Below are positions 34,551 through 44,642 of a stretch of DNA of 64,000 nucleotides, piece by piece. Made by a program: the position numbers and the translations under genes. This DNA comes from Trichodelitschia bisporula (Eukaryota), in assembly GCA_010356995.1 (NCBI GenBank), contig ML996701.1:674963-738962 (forward strand). The letters are read 5' to 3'. Numbering within the stretch: the first letter of the stretch is position 1; each line of letters begins with the position of its first letter. The notes under the pieces are model-generated. The model had not been told where the DNA came from. It worked only from the letters and a program-made list of their open reading frames with translations, and did not search any database.

Positions 34551-36218
34551 ATGCCGAAAAAGCACACACGGAAATTCACACCAGGCTCCTACTTATCTCG
34601 CGCTTCCGCTTCAACTGCCTCTCATGGAGCTTCGTCCTCGTCATCAACCGCAGGCTCGACCAGGTCCGTCAATGAACGCCTTGAGCAGTTGCGCCTGGAG
34701 CAGGCTCCCAGAGCCACCCTCGAGCAGCGACAGCAGGTGACCGAGATCGCTACTACCCATAGCATGCCGCCGCAGCTTCGTCGCATCCTCCAGATTCCCG
34801 AGACGGCGCCACCGCCCCCCAGAGCGGGGAGGCGCGTCCCTCGCGCGGCGCGTACGCCTGGTCCTCCACCTCCGCAGAGCTGGCTCCAAGGCGACACATC
34901 ATCATCGTCATCTTCATCCTTAACACCAGACGCAGACGAAATGCCACGCAAACAGGCGGCAAGGTTTAAACCGGACTGGTTCAACAGGATCTCCACACTG
35001 ATCGACGGAGTTCCATTTCCTTTACCCAAAACCCTCCTGGGACAGTCGCTGAAAGCGACCGCTCGAAATTGGGAAACCATAGCTGCAGGCCAGTCCGATG
35101 GTTTGGGCCGCCTCCCGGCCCATCTGAAAGGGAATCTCCTCGCGTACCTCGGCCTCTACTGCGGGGAGAAGGGTATTGACATCGACTTCCTACGCGCTCT
35201 GTTCCGCGCGGAGGTGGCTGAAGATGGAGCAACAGGCTCCGAAGAGCTACAAGTCCTTGATCTTTCTGGTCTCATTAGCGAGAACCTGTCCATGCCTTCA
35301 CTGGTACGATACTTCGAGAAGAAAGACACGGCCGTCAATTCAAGTTCCTCGCAAGGCGAGAATACCGATGCGGAAAGCTCTTTTGTGGCCGATTCGTGGG
35401 AGAACTCCATACCAACCGGGCTTCACACCCCCCGCTTCCCGAATCTGACGCGACTTTCGTTAGCACGCGCCGGACGCTTTGCTTCCTGGCAATCGCTCCT
35501 TCATCTCTCGGACCACTTATCGACTATCACCCATCTCTCTTTGGCGTACTGGCCTAAGCCGCAAACACTCATGTCGATGGAACGACTTCCTCCCAATGTG
35601 CCTCCCGGCGAGTATGAACTTGGAGACGATGAACTTCAAGACGGGTACGATTTAATCTCCCGTATCAGTCGCAACACCTACTGCCTGAAATGGCTAGACT
35701 TGCAAGGCTGTGGCCAGTGGCTCGACATGCTGACTTGGGAACCCGTGGAACCCCAAGGATGGGTGTCCGATCGCAACTCTCCTCCGCCTTTATCTCGCAG
35801 ATATGCTACCTACTGGTCGACACATTGGAAGCAGCTGGAGTACGTCAATCTGTCACAGGCGTGGATACCGGATTCGCGTAGCATTCCACTTATTCAAAGC
35901 TGCCCCGCAAACATGCTCAGTATTCAGTATCTCAAGTTTCTCCGCGAGCTAGCGTACAAGAAAGATGGCGGCGACTTTGAGGTCCGGCACTTACAGTTTA
36001 GGGGGTTAGGGAACCGTTTAGCATACGATGGTTGGATGGCCAGAGAACAGAAGGCAGAGACGTTGGGCGCAGTAGTGAAGGGCAGAGTGGGGTCACATTG
36101 CGTGGTTGACCGTGGATGGCCTGCGCCGCCAGGAATACCGATAGTTATTGATGAAACCGAACTCAACGAGGCGGAGATGGCTCACCGGGCCGCCGTGTTC
36201 GAACTTCTAAACCGGTAA
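34551..36218 (+). CDS. Fungal protein with RNI/LRR-like repeats
   Basis: 555-aa single ORF with LxxLxL repeats (LQVLDLSG, LTRLSLA, ITHLSLA, LKWLDLQGC, LEYVNLS) and an N-terminal SVNERLEQLR / PGPPPPQSW block. Confidence 0.75.
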   Translation: MPKKHTRKFTPGSYLSRASASTASHGASSSSSTAGSTRSVNERLEQLRLEQAPRATLEQRQQVTEIATTHSMPPQLRRILQIPETAPPPPRAGRRVPRAARTPGPPPPQSWLQGDTSSSSSSSLTPDADEMPRKQAARFKPDWFNRISTLIDGVPFPLPKTLLGQSLKATARNWETIAAGQSDGLGRLPAHLKGNLLAYLGLYCGEKGIDIDFLRALFRAEVAEDGATGSEELQVLDLSGLISENLSMPSLVRYFEKKDTAVNSSSSQGENTDAESSFVADSWENSIPTGLHTPRFPNLTRLSLARAGRFASWQSLLHLSDHLSTITHLSLAYWPKPQTLMSMERLPPNVPPGEYELGDDELQDGYDLISRISRNTYCLKWLDLQGCGQWLDMLTWEPVEPQGWVSDRNSPPPLSRRYATYWSTHWKQLEYVNLSQAWIPDSRSIPLIQSCPANMLSIQYLKFLRELAYKKDGGDFEVRHLQFRGLGNRLAYDGWMAREQKAETLGAVVKGRVGSHCVVDRGWPAPPGIPIVIDETELNEAEMAHRAAVFELLNR

Positions 36219-36533
36219 GAGCTTGTTGGCATTGTTCGGCGTCGGGGAGTCAGAAAATGACCACTCAAGGTGCACAACGGTGGGCTTGGGATTCGGACTC
36301 ATTGTTTTCATTGTACTGTACCATGCAATTACAAACTATCACTGGACTGCGATCAACGGGATGTGACTAACAGATTGCCGATGTTTCCCAGAGCGCTTCA
36401 GTTCTAATATCCATTCGTGCCATTTTGGCCAAAGCGCCGCCCACGAGGCTAGCCATCTTAGCGCCTTGGCACGCAGCACCCTCGTCCCGAAAAATCCTCC
36501 AGCTCCAGCTTCAAAAACCTCACACCTCCCACA

Positions 36534-37848
36534 ATGCCTCCCAAACTCCCTCCTCCCAGCCTCCTCTCTCCCCTCCCCTCCCTTCCCCTTCCGCGGCAAT
36601 GCATCTGCCAAACAAGATCCTTTTCCCACACGCGACGGCAGGAGACGCAGGCGCGCGAACAGCTCTTCAGTTGGCTGCACGGCCCGGGCAAGGTGTTTGA
36701 GAAGCCGCTGCCCAACTCGACGAATTACCTCTCCGCGTATTCCAAGACGGGCCAACTGCTCCGTGCGACGCAGGCGAGGGCGAAGCAGGCGGATGCTGAG
36801 CCTGAGAAGCCAGAGAGCGATGATCTTACGCCTGAGGAAGCGGAGATTAAGAAGCGCGATGCGTGGTTGAAGAAGGCGGCGGAGGATGTTGATGCTGAGA
36901 TGGGGAAGGGCAGAGTTCCTAAGGAGTCGATGGAGGATTTGAGGCCGTTTCCGCTCAATTGGGAGTTTGTCAGTCAGCCGGTGCTGAGCGAGGAATTGAG
37001 GGATGCGATCTACAGGAGAGTGGCGGAGGAGGGGGGGTCTGTGAGGGCTGCCAGCGTCGAGTTCGGCGTCAGCATGGAGCGCGTCGGTGCCGTGGTGCGG
37101 TTGAAGGCCATGGAGCGGCAATGGGTCCAGCAGGTATGTCGACCATCTTTTTCTTTCCCCTGCGCCCTCACAATGATGAACTTCCAAAATTCGATTAGTC
37201 TTTAAGACACCCACATGGTTACAGCTGGCTTCTTCAGCCCTTCTGAACGCACCCCCACCTACCTTTCTACAGCAGAGATAGCGTGGCATAAACTGACATC
37301 TCCAGCACAAACCTCTCGCAGCACCCTACTCCCGCGCCGTTCTATCAATGCTGCCTACGACGCCTTACGACCCGGGCCATCCCGTGCACCACGAGTCCAT
37401 CAACGACCTCCCCGTCCACCCAGCCACAACCCAGCAAATCTTTCACCCCACCGCCGAGTCCCGCCCCTTCACCCGCCGCGACGCCGCCCGCGTTTTCCGC
37501 CAAGGTCTGCGCCCGGCCGATCAACGCATCCCGCACCCCGAGCTCGTCGAAATCGAAAAGGCGGCCCAATCGGGCCGTCTCAACCGGCCGCAGCGCGACG
37601 ACCTCATGCGCACCGTCATGGAGCGCGAGAGCCTTGTACAGAAACTCAAGGAAGCGGATGAGGCGGCGAGGGAGCAGAGACGGGTTAAGGTGATCTCCCG
37701 CCCGAGACACGATTTCAAGGTCGAGAATGTTAGTGTTGAGGCGGTGGGGAAGACGGGCCGGAAGAGGGCGGGTGTGGGGTGGAGGTATGGGATGCCGCTT
37801 GAGGACCGGAAGAGGGGACAGGTTAGGATTCCGACGAGGGTGGATTAG
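36534..37848 (+). CDS. Mitochondrial small-subunit ribosomal protein mS45 (MrpS35/Bot1-like), 2 exons
   Basis: Mitochondrial-targeting-like N-terminus; PFPLN..F.SQPVLSEELR, RVGAVVRLK, ESRPFTRRDAA and GWRYG..EDRKRG motifs. Intron 37134-37305 joins the two ORFs in frame. Confidence 0.85.
37168..37251 (+). ncRNA. Intronic box C/D snoRNA (predicted 25S rRNA guide)
   Basis: Box C ATGATGA (37173-37179) and box D CTGA (37243-37246). TTCGATTAGTCTTT (37190-37203) is complementary to the conserved LSU rRNA sequence AAAGACTAATCGAA. The host intron is 172 nt versus the usual ~50. Confidence 0.85.
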
Positions 37849-38937
37849 GGTGTACTTTTTTTGCGTGGAGTCTGGTGTGTGAGTGGGGGCGCGGTTTGGT
37901 CACCTAGACTGGTTACGCGTCCTGCGGGATGGGCGGGTGTGCGATTTTGCTGCCTGTTGTGCGGAGTGGCGGTGGACGAGAGGTACTCTACGTTGTACAT
38001 GGCACCAGCTGCATGGCGGCACTGTATTATGAACGCAGCTCATGACGCGGAAGCGACAAAGGACGACTGCAAAGCGTGATACTTTGTCTCCGGTGTTTAA
38101 GTCACATTTTGTCTCCGGACTAAAGTCACGATGCTACCGTAGAACATCGGTTTGGCCCGGACGAACGAGGCACAGATCGGCACTGCCCCGGGTGAGAAAC
38201 GGCAAGCCACATGCTGGACTAATTATATGCCTGGGTTTCAACCTCGCCTCCCACAGATCTAACGCTGGAACAACTGATGACGCCTGTCACCGGGCTGTGA
38301 GGAAGATGTCAGGCGGGTCTGACAGCGCTGGCCGTGGCTGTGCGACATATCGCATCCTCGCAGAGAAGGACGAAGGAAGGGCGAAACTTGCTGCCGCAGC
38401 TTTGCGCTGTGAAGCCCGGGTCTCGAGTAACGATTTCTTCGTGGCTTGCTCGGGAAGCTCCACACCCGGGCCTCCCGCCGTGGCGCAGCAGCGCGCATCT
38501 GAGACTCGGTCAGTACCCGTAAGTCCTTGCTCAACTTTCAGCCTTTCATCTCCCATATCTTGGGCAGCAACTTCATCACCATTCCACAGTCTAAGCCCCT
38601 CTTCCGTTCCCGCCGCAACCAGGCGGCAGCAAGGTGGCTTGACTGGGGTGCGACGGGAGCGCCGTCTGACTGGCCGAGCGGGCCCGACCCTTGTAAAGCC
38701 GGGGGGCGGCACGCGCGGGGCCCGGGTGATGGGGGCGCAGGCAGCAGTTTGGGGGTTATGAAGGGGGACGACGACGGGCGAGGTGAGAAGGTGAGATTGC
38801 GACTGCGACGACGAGCGCTTTTTGATTCACGATACCGCGACGATACTGCGACGACAGCGACCAGCGACGAGGAGAGCAGCATACGATTTACCGGACGACT
38901 AGAACTACAGGAGCGATTTGGGAGACGGAACACGACA

Positions 38938-41900
38938 ATGGAGGCCGCCTTCGGCCCGCTCCCGCGCCGCTTCTCAGCGAAGCGCTATGCGCCAGAGAAA
39001 GGAGAGATGGTGTCCGATGGGCAGGACAGGAATAAAGCCCCGGAGCTCGTGGCCCTGCACCAGGAATTCCGGATCCAGAACGAGAGGCTCTCGGCTTGGG
39101 GACTCGAGTGGAAGGACATAGCCGGACTCGAGGAGCCAGCTGCGCGCGCCGGCCTGCACGAGACGGTGCAGAGCGTGCTCAAGAACATAGGCGGCATCAT
39201 TGATGAAGCGGAGGGCATACGCTGCGCACCGGCGCAGGCCCTGGGTGGGGAAAAGAAGGTGCGCGCGCAGGAGTGTGTGGCCGATTTGAGGTGGGGTGCG
39301 GCGGATAGGGTCAGGTATGAGGAGTTGGTCAGGGAGTTGAGTAGCAGCATTGATTTGCTGTATGATCTCAGTAAGACGAAGAAGGAGATGCGCAGGGGAA
39401 CGTATCCGACTGGGAATGGGAAGAGTGGCCCACCGCCTGCCGGCCGCTATCTGGATGCGTATGCCAGCTCCGGGTATAACACGAGTGAGGAGACGCTGGT
39501 TACGCCGAGCCGGACGAACACCTCCAAGACGGCGGTGAGCCTGGAGTTGCCGCCCCGGATCGAGCTGAGCAATCTGGATCTCCCGGAGGAAGAGCCCCCG
39601 GCGTATGTTGCGGAGAATGCGCAGCAGCCGCCGACGCGCGTTATCGGGCACCTCATGCAGCCGGCCAAGTCGTGGGGCACGGGCATGGCGGACAGCTGGA
39701 CTGTGCCGGTGCTGGTCGAGTACGCGCCCTTCGACCCCGGGTATCGCAAGACAGGGATCCCGGTGCCGACGAATCGCCTCGAGAGCCTGTTGTCCTTCTA
39801 CGCCCGCTGTGCACCGTTGCCGGATTTCGACGCCTTCGCCACGCTGCCGTGTCTCGGCTTCTTTGAGGATCCGAAGCACAGCCGGTATGGCCTGGTGTAC
39901 GAGCTGCCGAAGGCGGTGCAGGCGGTGCCGTACGACGAGCGGATTGAACAGCGCCCCGCGAGCTTGCTGCAGGCGCTGCAGGCGACTATGCCGCAGGGCA
40001 GCAGCTCGCGGGTCAAGGCTGCGAGCCCGGCGCTTGAGGAACGGTTTCGGCTGGCGCTGAATGTGGTGGCGGCGTTTGCGCGGCTGCATCACGAGGAGCA
40101 AGTGCATAAAGACGTCAACAGCACGAACATCGTGTTCTTCAACACCAGGCCCGGCGGCGGCGGCGGCGGCGCCGACGCGAAGACGAAATACAACCTGCGC
40201 GCACCCTACGTCGCGTCTTTCGACGTGTTCTCCGAGTACAGCATCGAGCCACTCTCTGCCGCCCCGGCGCAGAATCTCTACCGCCATCCCGAGGATAGGC
40301 GCATCTACGAGGCTGCGTGCCGGTTCTGCGGCAGCCGCGCGTGTAAATGTCCGAAGTACCGCTTCGATGTTTATGGTCTGGCGGTTGTACTTCTTGAAAT
40401 CGGCCTGTGGCAGCCCGTCGCTGAGCTCTACAAGCCCCCCTACTCGCTCACCGAATTCAAGCACCGCCGGCTCCAGAACGTGTACGTCCGCAAGCTGGCC
40501 TCCAGGTGCGGGAGCGTGTTCATGAACGTCGTGCTCGACATGCTCGACACCTCCGACACGAATGTCGTCGGCGAGGTCCTGGCGGATAAATACGAGCGCT
40601 GGCTCCACCGGCTCCGGCGCTGCTGCATGCTAGACGAGGACGAGGACCTCGACGTCCGCAGCATGATACCCAGCCTGGGACGCACCTCCCCCTTCACGCA
40701 GCTCCATAGCATCGCGCCCGTCCCCGCCGCCGCCGCGCCCGTCCTCGCCGAGACGCACCCCTTCCGCCCCCTCTCCCACCGCACCTCTCTCCCCTATTCC
40801 ATCAACGAAGCCAACGAGGAAGGCGGCGTGCTACTCGAGAAGACCCGTGACAGCGACAGGGGTGTGGACCGCAAGCCATCCATCGCGACACTGCGTCCCC
40901 GCGCCGACGCCGATAACAGCAGCACCTTCTCCGTGTCCAGCAGCTACCAGCGCGCCGCCAGTGTCATCGCCCGCGCCTGGCGCACCAAGGTGTGCAAGCA
41001 AACCTACCGCGACTGCCGGGCAAAGGTGATCACCCTGCAGCGCTGCTGGCGCAAGCGCGCGTCGCGCACTACATCCGTGGCTACGAGCCAGACCTTCGAC
41101 GACAACGCGAGCGAAGCCGCAGCGCGCGACATGCCCTCCCTCAACGCATCCTTCATGCAAGCCGAGTACATGTCCACGACAACCATGACCTCCGACGCCA
41201 CCCACCACCTCACCCACCACAACATCGCCCACCACGCCCTAATAACCATAGCCACCCCCCCCCGCCCCCGCCCCAAACTTCGCGTCTTCCCCATCAAACT
41301 CGCAAAGGACGCACTGGACACCTGGCACACCACCACCCTCCCCCGCCTTGAGCGCCTCCTCGACCGCGCCCTGCGCGACAGCCCCGAAACCGTCTCCATC
41401 GACCTCCTCGGCGTCGGCGACGCACCCCACTCCACTCGGCCTACCATCTTCGTCACCTGCGACAGCGTGCCCCGCGTGCGCGCCGTGCTGGCCCGCCGCT
41501 TCGCCGCGCCCCCGGGGTTCGACCTCAAGATTCGTCGTGGCTGCATCCGCCGCTCCAAGGTCACGCGCCCGAAGCGCTGCCCGCCGCATCGCAGCATGGC
41601 GCCGGCAGCGGACGCGCCGCCGCTCAACCCGTTCCACCAGCAAAGACCACTGTGCGGCGCGAGTATCGGGGCGTGGGTCGGCGATCGTCATCTCCCGCCA
41701 GTGAGCTACGGGGGCGTGGTGCACGTGGACGGGCGCGCGTATGGGATGACGGTGCACCATTTGCTGGATGCGCCGAGCGACGATGAGAGCGATGCGGGGA
41801 GCGAAGAGTCGTATGCCAGTGGGGGCGTGCAGCGGAGTGCGGCCCGACGGCCGGATAATAGCTGGTTTGCCGGCTTGGCGGGGCATCCGAGTTTGCAGGC

Positions 41901-43005
41901 GCTGCCGCCGGATGGGATGTTCGCGTTGGAGATCTCGGACGATGAGCTTGAGGATGCGACTGAGGAGGACTGGGACGGGGATTTCGGGTACGCGTCGTAC
42001 TCGGACTCGGAGTCTGATAACGAGGAGGAGGGGTTGCGCGAGAGTACGCACACGGAGGGCGATGCCCCCGGCGTAGTCCCGCATAGCCACCCCCCCATCC
42101 CCGTCACCCAACCCGCGCTCGACGACGTAGTCCCGGATTTCTTCCCGGCGGCAGAGGATGTCGACGACGACCATCTCAGCAGCCACACGCTGGGCACCGT
42201 GCACGCGAGCTCTGGGATCCGGCGAGCGCAGCTCGGTGGCGTGGTGCACGAGATCGACTGGGCGCTGCTGGCGCTTGCGCCGGAGCGGCTGCAGCCCGTC
42301 AACCTGGTGCAAGGGGGGAGGCGGTTCCATCCCGCGGCGTGCGGGGCGGGGAAGGGGGTTGGGGCTGCGGTGCAGGAGCCCGTGTGCCGCGGGGCCGGGT
42401 TCGCGGCGGAGGAAGACGAGTACCCGGTGCGGATTGCGGGGGCGGACGAGTTGGGTGGGTTGGCGGTGCATTGTTTTGGGCGCACGAGCGGGTTGCAGGG
42501 GGGGGTGGTGGGGGAGGCGATGAGTAGTGTGAGGATTTACAAGAGGAGGAGTTTTGCGCGGAGTTGGCACGTTGTGGGTGGGTTTGGGGTTGGCGGGGAT
42601 AGTGGTGCGTGGGTTATTGATAATGCGCAGGGTAGGGTGGTAGGGCATGTGCTTGCTTGGTGTGAAAGGAATGCTTTGGCGTATATCTGTCCGATGGAGG
42701 TTTTGCTGTTGGATATGAAGAGGGCGTTGGGGGCGAGATGTGTTACGCTGCCTGGGGCGGAGAGGGAGGATTTGGTTCCGGATGAGATTGAGGATGTTAG
42801 GCGCGCGGTTGAGGGGATTGGGTTGTTGGAAGCGCCGGGGAGGGTGGAGGTGCTGAACGGCGTGGATGTTTTTGGTCCGCCGAGGGAGGATAAGGCGCAG
42901 GTTGGCGTGCAGGAGGTTGATGGGAGGGGGAGGGGGAAGGTGGTGCGCAACGGAGTACCGGTTAGGATGGGTTTTGGGGGGTTTGTAGGACGGGCGGCGG
43001 GGTGA
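38938..43005 (+). CDS. Multidomain HeLo (prion-inhibition)-like + protein-kinase-like + trypsin-like serine protease
   Basis: HeLo-like IQNERLSAWG...RW..ADRVRYEELVRELSSSIDLLYDL; kinase-like CLGFFED, HKDVNSTNI, LYRHP and DVYGLAVVLLEIGLW; protease triad TVHH, IDWAL and GDSGA. Start could alternatively be ATG 38758. Confidence 0.85.
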   Translation: MEAAFGPLPRRFSAKRYAPEKGEMVSDGQDRNKAPELVALHQEFRIQNERLSAWGLEWKDIAGLEEPAARAGLHETVQSVLKNIGGIIDEAEGIRCAPAQALGGEKKVRAQECVADLRWGAADRVRYEELVRELSSSIDLLYDLSKTKKEMRRGTYPTGNGKSGPPPAGRYLDAYASSGYNTSEETLVTPSRTNTSKTAVSLELPPRIELSNLDLPEEEPPAYVAENAQQPPTRVIGHLMQPAKSWGTGMADSWTVPVLVEYAPFDPGYRKTGIPVPTNRLESLLSFYARCAPLPDFDAFATLPCLGFFEDPKHSRYGLVYELPKAVQAVPYDERIEQRPASLLQALQATMPQGSSSRVKAASPALEERFRLALNVVAAFARLHHEEQVHKDVNSTNIVFFNTRPGGGGGGADAKTKYNLRAPYVASFDVFSEYSIEPLSAAPAQNLYRHPEDRRIYEAACRFCGSRACKCPKYRFDVYGLAVVLLEIGLWQPVAELYKPPYSLTEFKHRRLQNVYVRKLASRCGSVFMNVVLDMLDTSDTNVVGEVLADKYERWLHRLRRCCMLDEDEDLDVRSMIPSLGRTSPFTQLHSIAPVPAAAAPVLAETHPFRPLSHRTSLPYSINEANEEGGVLLEKTRDSDRGVDRKPSIATLRPRADADNSSTFSVSSSYQRAASVIARAWRTKVCKQTYRDCRAKVITLQRCWRKRASRTTSVATSQTFDDNASEAAARDMPSLNASFMQAEYMSTTTMTSDATHHLTHHNIAHHALITIATPPRPRPKLRVFPIKLAKDALDTWHTTTLPRLERLLDRALRDSPETVSIDLLGVGDAPHSTRPTIFVTCDSVPRVRAVLARRFAAPPGFDLKIRRGCIRRSKVTRPKRCPPHRSMAPAADAPPLNPFHQQRPLCGASIGAWVGDRHLPPVSYGGVVHVDGRAYGMTVHHLLDAPSDDESDAGSEESYASGGVQRSAARRPDNSWFAGLAGHPSLQALPPDGMFALEISDDELEDATEEDWDGDFGYASYSDSESDNEEEGLRESTHTEGDAPGVVPHSHPPIPVTQPALDDVVPDFFPAAEDVDDDHLSSHTLGTVHASSGIRRAQLGGVVHEIDWALLALAPERLQPVNLVQGGRRFHPAACGAGKGVGAAVQEPVCRGAGFAAEEDEYPVRIAGADELGGLAVHCFGRTSGLQGGVVGEAMSSVRIYKRRSFARSWHVVGGFGVGGDSGAWVIDNAQGRVVGHVLAWCERNALAYICPMEVLLLDMKRALGARCVTLPGAEREDLVPDEIEDVRRAVEGIGLLEAPGRVEVLNGVDVFGPPREDKAQVGVQEVDGRGRGKVVRNGVPVRMGFGGFVGRAAG

Positions 43006-43139
43006 GGTTCTTCTTCTTGGGCGTCTTGGGAATGCATTTGATACCTTGGATATATGGTGAGCTTCCGTTGGAGTAAATTGGATTATGTTTTCGATTTTGA
43101 CATCCTCGCATTTGTGTGACAGTCTGCGGTGTAATGCAC

Positions 43140-43278
43140 GTATGATAGAAGGAGCAAAGGGGGACACTTGGCATCGTGTATTTAAACCTCGAGAGTCTCT
43201 TCCTCTCTTTCTCTGTCTTCTACTTCAATCTTCAGTTTACACAGATGCTTTGCCTGTGTACGAGCCATGCTCCCATCA
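43140..43278 (+). mobile_element. Second copy (3' part) of the solo-LTR family
   Basis: Aligns by eye to ~261-408: GAAGGAGCAAAGG, ATCGTGTATT, GAGTCTCT, GTCTTCTACTTCAA, TTTACACAGATG, TTGCCTGTGTACGAGCC and GCTCCCATCA. No 5' end or TSD identified. Confidence 0.85.
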
Positions 43279-43482
43279 GACCGCTTTGGATATGACGCCA
43301 GACTGCGTAGAGGGTTGTTATTGCGGGTCAGGGAGGCGTGCGCTTGGTTGATGGTATCGGCACTCGAGCCCCTTGCGCGAGTGGCTGGCAGTATTACTAC
43401 TATGTACTATCCTTCTCCTCTTCCCCTCCATCAAGATCAACCATTAACCCAAAGCCTCCTCCTGTCCTCCCTTTCCACCCAC

Positions 43483-44642
43483 CTAACTCGTCTCCGCCGT
43501 ATAACACAACGTCGTAGCATTATAATACCACACATGCGCCTCATACTGATCCTCACTACTCCCCCCCACTGCATTCTCAACACTATCCCCATCCTGCACC
43601 ACAATATCCCCCGGCGTCGGGAACGTCCCCGTCGCACTCGTGATATGGTACCCGGGACTCACGTTGCGGAAGCCGAAGGACAGGGGCGGAAGGTAGGGCG
43701 TCGGGTCCCCGGCGTGCGTGAAGCGCATGTTCGCGCCTTGTGCGGGGGCTTGACCCGAGATCCAGGCCGCGGTGGCTTGGTTGCCCACGCGCGGCGAGCC
43801 ATAGGTGTACTGAACAGCGGTATTAGCACCGATATCAACTAGCTCCCGCGTGAACTCACCATGTCGACGCTCAACCCCCCGGCCCGAAGTTCCGCCGCCG
43901 CAATGGTCGCCAATGCGCCCCCCAAGCTGTGCCCCGTTACCACCACCGGCCAGCCTGGATTCGCCGCCATTGCGCTGGTAACCGCACTCGTCGCCTGCGA
44001 GGCAACATCCTGCCACGCCGAGTAGAAACCAGATGCGATCTTACACCCGCTGCAGCGGGAGTAAGAGCGTAGGGTGAAGGATATGTCGACGATGTCGTTT
44101 TTGGTGGATTCGGAGCCGCGGAAACTGAGCACGATGAGCTGGTTTGTGTAGTCTAGGGAGAGAAAGCCGGCTGTGTCGGTGTTGGGGGACCTGTTGGGGG
44201 GGTTAGCGTGCGGGTGGCCTTTTTGTACAGTGGTTGGGTTGGTGGGGTGGGAGGGGAGGAAGGATGGAGTGTTGGTGTTGGGTTGGATTGGGGGAACGCA
44301 CCCTGGAAGCGCGAGATACACACTCGTATTGGCCGTCTGCACGAGCGGGCAGTTCCCCGTCACGCAACTCAAGTCATGCCCCACGGTGCCGTCGTTGGAC
44401 GGACAGTAGCTTGCCGCGGAGTACTGGTTGTAGAGCTGGCCTTGGGCGAAGAGGGTTGCGCTGATAGCTGCGGCGCGAGCGATTAGCGGGCGCGATTAAG
44501 AGTGGGGGTGTGGGGATTAAGCTTCCGCGGATAGATTGCAGTAGAGTGATCAGGGTAGGGAAAGAGGGCACGTACCGCGCTTCTCCAGCGGCAAGGCTGA
44601 GATTGTGCCCGCGGCCGCGAGAAACAGGGTGAGGAGGAGCAT
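43483..44642 (-). CDS. Secreted class 3 lipase / feruloyl esterase A-like, 4 exons
   Basis: Signal and propeptide ending LEKR; YSAASYC, IVLSFRGS, VTGHSLGGA, YTYGSPRVGN, THAGDPTPYLPP and HVWY motifs. Confidence 0.92.

Noticed and set aside
38974..43167. Long antisense ORFs (544 aa and 642 aa)
   Set aside because: They are GC-rich codon-bias shadows of the plus-strand multidomain gene and show no motifs.
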